Source of the DNA: Spirochaetia bacterium
Lineage (GTDB): Bacteria; Spirochaetota; Spirochaetia; PWKH01
NCBI GenBank assembly: GCA_007128345.1
Contig: SKXS01000109.1
Coordinates: forward strand, 1-50,247
DNA: 50,247 nucleotides
Reading direction: 5' to 3'
Shown here: positions 36,797-43,506 of the stretch, in pieces
Layout: the number at the start of each line of letters is the position of its first letter
How positions within the stretch are numbered: position 1 is the stretch's first letter
Translations under genes and position numbers: made by a program
The notes under the pieces: generated by a model
Database searches by the model: none
What the model saw: only the letters and a program-made list of their open reading frames with translations
Told to the model about the DNA's origin: nothing

Positions 36797-38542
36797 ATGA
36801 GAGGTAGAAAAAAGAAAGTGGAAGATATCTCCGAAGCCCAGGCGGAGCTTGAACTGATCAATAGCGCTGATCCTGCCGATGCACAGGAATCTGAAAATAC
36901 TGCAGACGGCAGTTCAGATGAGCAGCCTAAGAAGAAGGTGGTAGCAAAGAAACGGCCGAGAAAGAAAAAGGTCAATACAGATGATGTCCAGCAGGAGCCA
37001 CCCGAGGGAACCCAAAAAGCTGCGTCTTCCGAAGCACCTGCAGCACCGGAAGCACCTGCAGCACCGGAAATACACCCTGAAAACAGTGAGAGCCCAAGCG
37101 GCAGGCAGGAACAGCCCGCACAGACCACCCATCACCGGGATCGGGGCAAGCGGAACCAGCAGAACTATCAGCGAACCGGTCATCAGCAGAAGCACAACGC
37201 TCGTGCTAACAAGCACGTGCTGTTCCCCATGGTGGATGAAAGCATCGAGATTGAACCTCCGACAAGCCAGCAGGGGGAGCGTCTGAGCATTAATGATTTG
37301 ACGCTGATGAACGTTCCTGAACTTCGTCAGCTGGCAGTGGATCTGGGAGTTCACCGTGAGTCTCTCATGACTATGAAAAAGCAGGATGTCATATTCTGCA
37401 TCCTCAAGGCCCACACTATGGCAGGGGGGAGCATCTACGCCTACGGCTCGCTGGAAATCCTGCCCGACGGGTACGGATTTCTCAGGTCGCCGCAGAATAG
37501 CTACCTGCCCGGTCCTGACGACATCTATATCTCGCCTTCGCAAATCAGGCTTTTTAACCTGAAAACCGGGGACACTGTGGCAGGTCAGATCAGGCCTCCC
37601 AAGGACAGTGAGCGTTTCTTTGCCATGCTTCGTGTGGAATCAGTCAACTTTGACGATCCCTCTATCGCGCAGATACGGATCGCTTTTGACAGCCTTACCC
37701 CCCTCTATCCCGATGAGCGGTTAAACCTGGAATCAAGGACAGGGGATGTGTCGACTCGAATGATCAACCTCTTCTGTCCCATAGGAAAAGGCCAGCGGGC
37801 GCTCATCGTCTCTCCGCCGAGGACCGGCAAGACAATGCTGCTCCAGAAGATTGCCAATTCCATAACCGAGAACAACCCTGAGGTCACCCTTATCGTGCTG
37901 CTTATCGATGAACGTCCCGAGGAAGTGACCGACATGAAGCGCAATGTGAAGGGCGAGGTGATCGCCTCTACCTTTGACGAGCAGGCTACCAGGCATGTCC
38001 AGGTTGCGGAGATGGTGATAGAGAAGGCCAAACGTCTTGTTGAGCACAAGAAGGATGTGGTGATTCTGCTGGACTCAATAACCCGGCTGGCACGGGCGTA
38101 CAATCAGACAGTACCCACATCAGGAAAGATTCTCTCCGGCGGGGTAGATTCCAACGCGCTGCATAAGCCCAAGCGATTTTTTGGTGCGGCGCGTAACATT
38201 GAGCAGGGAGGAAGCCTCACAATCATTGCCACCGCACTCATAGAGACCGGAAGCAGGATGGATGAGGTAATTTTTGAAGAATTCAAGGGAACAGGAAACA
38301 ATGAAATCGTGCTTGACCGCCGGATGGCTGACCGCAGGCTCTATCCTGCAATCAGCATCAAGCGTTCGGGTACACGAAAGGAAGACCTGCTGCTTACTGA
38401 GTTCGAGCTCAACAAACTGTATATCCTACGCAATGCGCTGAATCCCATGGAGGATATGGAGCTTACGGAACTGCTTGTTGACAAATTTGAGAAAACAAAA
38501 AATAATGAGGTGTTCTTACGTTCAATGAACACCAACGGCTAG
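36797..38542 (+). CDS. rho: Transcription termination factor Rho with an N-terminal low-complexity extension of about 160 aa
   Basis: A GAGGA SD lies 8 nt before ATG 36797. The Rho N-domain is [10 protein letters not shown]...[12 protein letters not shown]...[15 protein letters not shown]. The Walker A is [17 protein letters not shown], and [21 protein letters not shown] is present. The first 160 aa or so are K/E/Q/P-rich. Confidence 0.95.
   Translation: MRGRKKKVEDISEAQAELELINSADPADAQESENTADGSSDEQPKKKVVAKKRPRKKKVNTDDVQQEPPEGTQKAASSEAPAAPEAPAAPEIHPENSESPSGRQEQPAQTTHHRDRGKRNQQNYQRTGHQQKHNARANKHVLFPMVDESIEIEPPTSQQGERLSINDLTLMNVPELRQLAVDLGVHRESLMTMKKQDVIFCILKAHTMAGGSIYAYGSLEILPDGYGFLRSPQNSYLPGPDDIYISPSQIRLFNLKTGDTVAGQIRPPKDSERFFAMLRVESVNFDDPSIAQIRIAFDSLTPLYPDERLNLESRTGDVSTRMINLFCPIGKGQRALIVSPPRTGKTMLLQKIANSITENNPEVTLIVLLIDERPEEVTDMKRNVKGEVIASTFDEQATRHVQVAEMVIEKAKRLVEHKKDVVILLDSITRLARAYNQTVPTSGKILSGGVDSNALHKPKRFFGAARNIEQGGSLTIIATALIETGSRMDEVIFEEFKGTGNNEIVLDRRMADRRLYPAISIKRSGTRKEDLLLTEFELNKLYILRNALNPMEDMELTELLVDKFEKTKNNEVFLRSMNTNG
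37031..37066 (+). repeat. Perfect 18-nt tandem duplication (GAAGCACCTGCAGCACCG x2) inside the rho N-terminal extension, encoding [12 protein letters not shown]
   Basis: The sequence at 37031-37048 is identical to 37049-37066, read directly from the sequence. Confidence 0.9.
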
Positions 38543-38581
38543 AAATCCGCCGGTTCATACCCGGGTTCCTGGTACAGCCGC

Positions 38582-38610
38582 TGGACGATATGAAAAAAAT
38601 TGGCTATAGT
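38582..38610 (+). promoter_or_regulatory. Putative promoter of rpmE (TGGACG-N17-TATAGT)
   Basis: TGGACG at 38582-38587 and TATAGT at 38605-38610. A GGAGGA SD lies at 38624-38629 before ATG 38634. Confidence 0.4.
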
Positions 38611-38633
38611 AGAGATAACCATCGGAGGATTAC

Positions 38634-38837
38634 ATGAAAGACGGAATACATCCAAAATATGAAATGACGAAGATCAGCTGCGCATGCGGCAGTGTCATAG
38701 AGACCCGGTCGACAGTCAAGGAACTGAGCGTTGAAATCTGCTCCAGCTGCCATCCGTTCTATACCGGTAAGCAGAAGCTGGTGGATACAGCAGGAAGGGT
38801 TGAGCGCTTCAAGAAGAAATACGGGATTAGAGACTGA
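38634..38837 (+). CDS. rpmE: 50S ribosomal protein L31 (Cys-containing, zinc-binding type A)
   Basis: [10 protein letters not shown]...SCACG...[13 protein letters not shown]. Confidence 0.93.
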   Translation: MKDGIHPKYEMTKISCACGSVIETRSTVKELSVEICSSCHPFYTGKQKLVDTAGRVERFKKKYGIRD

Positions 38838-38863
38838 TTCCTGCATTTTCCTTTCTTGTGCAT

Positions 38864-38890
38864 AGAGCCGCCGCTGGCGGCTCTTTATAT
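38864..38890 (+). terminator. Intrinsic terminator after rpmE
   Basis: 9-bp GC-rich stem AGAGCCGCC (38864-38872) / GGCGGCTCT (38876-38884) with a 3-nt loop, followed by TTATAT. Confidence 0.7.
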
Positions 38891-38916
38891 GCGGACAGGA
38901 CGAAAAATCTTTTGTG

Positions 38917-38945
38917 TTGCATATTACGTGCTTATACCATAAAAT
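38917..38945 (+). promoter_or_regulatory. Putative promoter of the galK-like gene (TTGCAT-N17-TAAAAT), bracketed by a 7-bp inverted repeat
   Basis: TTGCAT at 38917-38922 and TAAAAT at 38940-38945. The inverted repeat is GTTGCAT (38916-38922) / ATGCAAC (38949-38955). Confidence 0.5.
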
Positions 38946-38968
38946 GACATGCAACGGGGAAGATGTAG

Positions 38969-40111
38969 ATGAATGACATTGCTTACCTCCATAAGGCAGA
39001 GTACAAAGAGATACCTGAAGTAACTGTTTCAGCTCCCGGCATTGTCACATTCATGGGGGAATACACAGATTTGTGTGATGGATTTGTCCTGACAGGTGCC
39101 CTTGACCGGTATATGACTGTGTCGCTTTCAAGGAGAAAGGATAATTCCCTTAGATTTTATGCGGCTGATCTGGGAGAGCGTAAACGGACCACCATACCCA
39201 ACCTCAAGTACCGCAGGGAGGACCGCTGGGCAAACTACATCAAAGGGGTGCTCCATGAAATCTACCGGAGAAACTACGAATTCAAAGGGCTGAACATTAC
39301 GGTCAGCGGGAACATTCCCCAGAAAGTAGGACTTAAATCCTCCACTGCGATATGCGCTGCCACCGCTCTGGCCCTTAAAAATCTGCTCCAGGCCGATATC
39401 GCGGACAATCAGCTCATACAGGCTATTTATTTTGCCGAAACTTCCTTTCTCCAGTCAAAAGCCCGGCTGGTGGATATCATGAGCATGCTCTATGCACAAC
39501 CGCATACCATGCTGCTGTTTGATCTCCATACCCTTGACTATTCCCACGTGTCCTATAGGTCCGAGCAACTGGGACTGTACATTACCAACAGCAACCTTCC
39601 TTCTTTTTCAATTAAGGAAGACATCCTCTATAGGGAGGAGGAGACCATAGCGGCGTTTGAAGAGCTTCGTTCCAGTCAGCCGAACGGCCTCTTTCGTGAT
39701 TTGTCTGAGCAGGATGCGAAGAACCTTGCCGGTCAGCTGCCGGAAGAGCGCAAGCGGTTCTGCCTGCATGTCCTGGAAGAGAGCCGCAGGGTGGTGGAGA
39801 GCGCCCGCGCACTTGAACAAAAGGACTTCTTTGCGTATGGTAGGCTCATGAACCGGTCCCAGGAGAGCCTGCGGGATAAGTTCGAGGTGTCCTGTCCGGA
39901 AATTGACTGGCTGACCAAACGGGCAATGGAACTGCAGGGTTGTCTGGGATCGAAAATGATAGGAGAGGGTTTCGGCGGGTGTACCGTAACGCTGCTTGAG
40001 AAGAATTCTCTGGATGCCTACAAAAAGCGCCTCCAGGATTATGAGCATATATTCGGGTTCCATCCCGAGTGCTTTGAGTTCAATGCCTCAGGCGGTATTG
40101 GTGCATCCTGA
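38969..40111 (+). CDS. galK: Galactokinase-family GHMP kinase (divergent active-site motif)
   Basis: The ORF aligns along its whole length with E. coli GalK as I recall it. Matching segments include APGIVTFMGEYTDLCDGFVL, WANYIKGV, SGNIPQKVGLKSSTA, ESRRVVESARALEQ and GEGFGGCTVTL. The conserved GRxN Arg is Ile here. Confidence 0.8.
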   Translation: MNDIAYLHKAEYKEIPEVTVSAPGIVTFMGEYTDLCDGFVLTGALDRYMTVSLSRRKDNSLRFYAADLGERKRTTIPNLKYRREDRWANYIKGVLHEIYRRNYEFKGLNITVSGNIPQKVGLKSSTAICAATALALKNLLQADIADNQLIQAIYFAETSFLQSKARLVDIMSMLYAQPHTMLLFDLHTLDYSHVSYRSEQLGLYITNSNLPSFSIKEDILYREEETIAAFEELRSSQPNGLFRDLSEQDAKNLAGQLPEERKRFCLHVLEESRRVVESARALEQKDFFAYGRLMNRSQESLRDKFEVSCPEIDWLTKRAMELQGCLGSKMIGEGFGGCTVTLLEKNSLDAYKKRLQDYEHIFGFHPECFEFNASGGIGAS

Positions 40112-40133
40112 TGCATCCCTGAAGTACTGACCT

Positions 40134-40904
40134 ATGATCATACTCATAACTAATGACGACGGCATCTACAGCTCTGGCCTGAACATCCTTGCTGACCGCA
40201 TGCGTGAAGCCCATGATGTGTGGATAGCTGCTCCTGATCAGGAACGAAGCGCTGTATCCCATGGGATCACCTTCCTTGATCCGGTTCGATTTGTCCGGAC
40301 GGGAGCGCAGACCTACATGTGCAGCGGCACACCGGCTGACTGCATACTCTACGCACTGCATGGAGCGGTTCCTGTGCGGCCTGATGTTGTGATATCAGGG
40401 ATAAACCACGGGGTCAATGTAGGTACCGATATCGTGTATTCAGGCACGGTTGCTGCAGCCAGGCAGGCATCCTTCATCGGAGTTCCCGGCATAGCTGTAT
40501 CGGCGCAGACAGGGGAAACCGGATGCGCCTTCGAAGCGGCCGCTGAGCTCATCTGCCAAGAGCTTGATCGGCTCACGCAGCTCTGGAGCCCCCAGGTCGT
40601 AATAAACATCAATGTGCCGACTACATATGATGTCGCAAACGGAATGGTACTCGCCCATCCGGCGCTGAGCACGGAGGAAAACTTCCTGGAGGTTTATAAA
40701 CGCGGCGAGGATGACCTCTTCTACTTCCTGTCGGGATGGGAACGGAACCATGTGAAGCAGGAGCATCCCTCCAATGACGTGGAGGTGCTTAAAAGCGGGA
40801 TGGCTTCGATTTCACCGATCCTTATCAGGCCGGTGGTGCACCATGAGAGCATGGAGCATTTTGCCCGCTTCTATGCCCCGGGACATGCAGCAAGCGAGCA
40901 ATGA
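40134..40904 (+). CDS. surE: 5'/3'-nucleotidase SurE
   Basis: MIILITNDDGIYSSGL... and SGINHGVNVGTDIVYSGTVAAA. Confidence 0.92.
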   Translation: MIILITNDDGIYSSGLNILADRMREAHDVWIAAPDQERSAVSHGITFLDPVRFVRTGAQTYMCSGTPADCILYALHGAVPVRPDVVISGINHGVNVGTDIVYSGTVAAARQASFIGVPGIAVSAQTGETGCAFEAAAELICQELDRLTQLWSPQVVININVPTTYDVANGMVLAHPALSTEENFLEVYKRGEDDLFYFLSGWERNHVKQEHPSNDVEVLKSGMASISPILIRPVVHHESMEHFARFYAPGHAASEQ

Positions 40905-41212
40905 GCAGATACTGGGAGTCAATCTGCAGGAGATGCGGCCTGTGCTGCATGGAAAAGACCATCGTTTCTGACCGGGTTATCTACCATATGGATAGGCCCT
41001 GCGTTCACCTGGATACTGCCCGCATGAGCTGCTCCATCTACAAATCACGGTTTACCGACTGCTCCCACTGCAGGAAGATGACCCTCTGGAAGGCGCTGTT
41101 TGCCCCCTATCTGCCTGAGTCATGCGGGTATGTGCAGTGGGCCAAGCGCCTGCATATCAGGTGCGCTCCTTCCCGGGTTATTGTCTACATCGGAGATGAA
41201 AGCGAGCAGTAA
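40901..41212 (+). CDS. YkgJ-family (CxxCxxCC) cysteine-cluster protein
   Basis: ATGA overlap with surE. The 103-aa ORF contains CRRCGLCC plus additional Cys residues (C..H.., CSIY, CSHC). The family assignment is from memory of the Pfam CxxCxxCC motif. Confidence 0.7.
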   Translation: MSRYWESICRRCGLCCMEKTIVSDRVIYHMDRPCVHLDTARMSCSIYKSRFTDCSHCRKMTLWKALFAPYLPESCGYVQWAKRLHIRCAPSRVIVYIGDESEQ

Positions 41213-41239
41213 GGGGCAGGATCTCATGCAATTCCAAGC

Positions 41240-41268
41240 TTGACTAAGGGTAATCCAATCGTTACCTT
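41240..41268 (+). promoter_or_regulatory. Putative promoter of nifS-nifU (TTGACT-N17-TACCTT)
   Basis: TTGACT at 41240-41245 and TACCTT at 41263-41268. A GAGGAG SD at 41282-41287 precedes ATG 41292. Confidence 0.4.
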
Positions 41269-41291
41269 TGTATTGACCGTTGAGGAGATGC

Positions 41292-42452
41292 ATGAAAAAA
41301 CGATTGGTATATCTTGACAACAACGCCACCACACCGCTTGATCCTGAGGTGAAGCGGGTGATACAGGAGAGTCTTGATCTCTATGGTAATGCGTCGAGCA
41401 TGCATACTCCAGGTAGAAACGCCCATAAGAAGATGGAGGATGCACGCAGTTCAGTTGCCCGGTTGATCCATGCTTCTGAGAGCGAAATCGTGTTCACCGG
41501 ATGCGGTTCCGAGTCGAACAATGCGGTGCTCAACCTGCTTTTCAGCCCTGAGGTGGATCTAGGGGGAAGAAAACGGTTTGTTACTTCAGCGATTGAGCAT
41601 CCCAGCATCTACGAACTTAAAGAGATGCTTGAGCGTAGAGGAATAGAGGTCACCCTGGTGCCGGTTGACGAGACGGGAAAGGTGCGCATGGACGCGTACG
41701 CACAGGCACTTGATAGTGATGTTGCCCTCGTGTCGATCATGCTTGCAAACAATGAGACCGGCACAATACAGGATGTCGGCGCGATGACTGCTTTGGCAAA
41801 GAAGTACGGCGCTCTGGTGCACACTGATGCGGTACAGGCTGCGGGAAAGATTGGCATAGATGTCCGTTCACTCGGTGTGGACTACCTGAGCCTTTCCGCG
41901 CACAAGATATATGCACCGAAAGGAATAGGTGCGCTCTATGTGCGCTCCGGTAGTCCCTTTACGCCGTTTCTGCGGGGCGGCCACCAGGAAGACGGCAGGC
42001 GTGCCGGGACGTACGACAACCTGGGTATTATGGCGTTTGGAAAGGCGGCGGAGCTTGCCCTCGAGCACTGGGAAGAAGATGCGCAGCGCATGCGCAGGCT
42101 CAGGGACATGCTTGATCTGGGCATACGTGAGAAGGTCGGGGATATCCATTGCAATGGACACCCGGAAGACCGGCTCCCCGGGACATTGAATGTGTCGTTC
42201 TACGGGGCGGAGGGTGAGTCGATCCTGCTGTACCTCGATATGGAGGGCATTGCAGTCTCAACAGGTTCTGCCTGCGCGACGGGATCACTTGAACCGTCTT
42301 ACGTTCTGGTTAACGCGGGACTCAGCAGTGATCTTGCCCACGGGTCCATCAGGTTCTCCCTTGGGAGGTTTACCACTGAGGAAGATATCGCATACGTGAC
42401 TGCACACATTCCCCCGGTTATTGAACGTCTCAGGAGGATGTCAACGGTATGA
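41292..42452 (+). CDS. nifS: Cysteine desulfurase (NifS/IscS class I)
   Basis: ORF trimmed to ATG 41292. VYLDNNATTP is present. The PLP lysine lies in LSAHKIYAPKGIGALY. The active-site loop is SVSTGSACATG. Confidence 0.92.
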   Translation: MKKRLVYLDNNATTPLDPEVKRVIQESLDLYGNASSMHTPGRNAHKKMEDARSSVARLIHASESEIVFTGCGSESNNAVLNLLFSPEVDLGGRKRFVTSAIEHPSIYELKEMLERRGIEVTLVPVDETGKVRMDAYAQALDSDVALVSIMLANNETGTIQDVGAMTALAKKYGALVHTDAVQAAGKIGIDVRSLGVDYLSLSAHKIYAPKGIGALYVRSGSPFTPFLRGGHQEDGRRAGTYDNLGIMAFGKAAELALEHWEEDAQRMRRLRDMLDLGIREKVGDIHCNGHPEDRLPGTLNVSFYGAEGESILLYLDMEGIAVSTGSACATGSLEPSYVLVNAGLSSDLAHGSIRFSLGRFTTEEDIAYVTAHIPPVIERLRRMSTV

Positions 42453-43060
42453 GCGGTTCCAGTTTTATGTTTGATTGGGTCTATTCGGACAAGGTGAAAA
42501 GCCACTTCATGGAGCCGAGAAATATCCTTGAAGACCCGGAGTACCAGGATGACGGGAAGGGGCAGGTAGGCAGCATGGCCTGCGGAGACCAGATGCTGGT
42601 GGTTATTCAGGTAGAGGATGACCGCATCAAGGATATCAAATGGAAGACCTACGGATGCGCGAGCGCCATAGCCAGCACCTCCATGATGTCGGAGATGGTC
42701 AAGGGAATGACTCTTGAGGAGGCCTACCTGCTTACCCCCGATATGATAACCCAGAAGCTGGGAGGTCTGCCGCAGCACAAGTTCCACTGTTCTGTGCTGG
42801 GAGACAAGGCGCTGCGGGCGGCCATCGATGACTATCTGGACAGGCAGGGACTGGATAATCCCTACCGGAAAAACGTGGCGCAGATCATATGTGAGTGCAG
42901 GAATGTGACCGACCAGCAGATAGAAGAACTGGTTAAGAGCGGGAAGGCGGAGACATTGGAGCAGGTGCAGGAGATCACCGGCCTCGGTACGGTCTGCGGA
43001 TCTTGCAGATCCAAGGCGAGAGACCTCGTACATGAACTGCTTCACATGTATGGTAAGTAA
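42449..43060 (+). CDS. nifU: NifU-like Fe-S scaffold (IscU-like N-domain plus BFD-like [2Fe-2S] domain)
   Basis: ATGA overlap with nifS. GSMACGDQM, YGCASAIASTSM and HCSVLG are the IscU cysteines. ICECRNVT...GTVCGSCR is a BFD-like CxC...CxxC. Confidence 0.88.
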   Translation: MSGSSFMFDWVYSDKVKSHFMEPRNILEDPEYQDDGKGQVGSMACGDQMLVVIQVEDDRIKDIKWKTYGCASAIASTSMMSEMVKGMTLEEAYLLTPDMITQKLGGLPQHKFHCSVLGDKALRAAIDDYLDRQGLDNPYRKNVAQIICECRNVTDQQIEELVKSGKAETLEQVQEITGLGTVCGSCRSKARDLVHELLHMYGK

Positions 43061-43114
43061 ATAGATTGAATTTTCCCCAAACGGGGTGTACAGTACAGGT
43101 AGGGGAGGAGCGCA

Positions 43115-43432
43115 GTGTCTGAAAAGCATCAGGGGATAACCCAGCATGATACCGTGACGGATCAGAATCAGTCAGCCACCCGTCCGCCGCTCTACCACGT
43201 GGTGCTGCTCAATGATGACTACACATCTATGGAATTTGTCCTGAAGGTCATCCAGCAGGTGTTCCACCACAACAGTCAGGAAGCTATGGAGATTATGCTG
43301 GAAGTGCACAAAAAGGGTAAGGGAATTGCGGGAACCTATACCCGGGACATTGCAAAGACCAAGGCTGAGAAAGTAATGCACCTTGCGTTCCGGGAGAATT
43401 TTCCGCTTAAGTGCATTCTGGAAAAGGTGTAA
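43115..43432 (+). CDS. clpS: ATP-dependent Clp protease adaptor ClpS
   Basis: GTG start after a GGGGAGGAG SD. PPLYHVVLLNDDYTSMEFVLKVIQQVF...A..IMLEVHKKGKGIAGTYT.DIAKTK. Confidence 0.92.
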   Translation: MSEKHQGITQHDTVTDQNQSATRPPLYHVVLLNDDYTSMEFVLKVIQQVFHHNSQEAMEIMLEVHKKGKGIAGTYTRDIAKTKAEKVMHLAFRENFPLKCILEKV

Positions 43433-43462
43433 CCGTTTGGGTAAGCGATTGGTTTTCTTGAT

Positions 43463-43478
43463 CCGGCATGCATGCCGG
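43463..43478. repeat. Perfect 16-nt palindrome CCGGCATGCATGCCGG in the clpS-clpA spacer
   Basis: Read directly from the sequence. It could form an 8-bp hairpin (or 6 bp plus a tetraloop) in the RNA, or serve as a dimeric protein site. Its function is unknown. Confidence 0.6.
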
Positions 43479-43506
43479 CACCGGGGGAACCGGAAGGATC
43501 AAAGTA

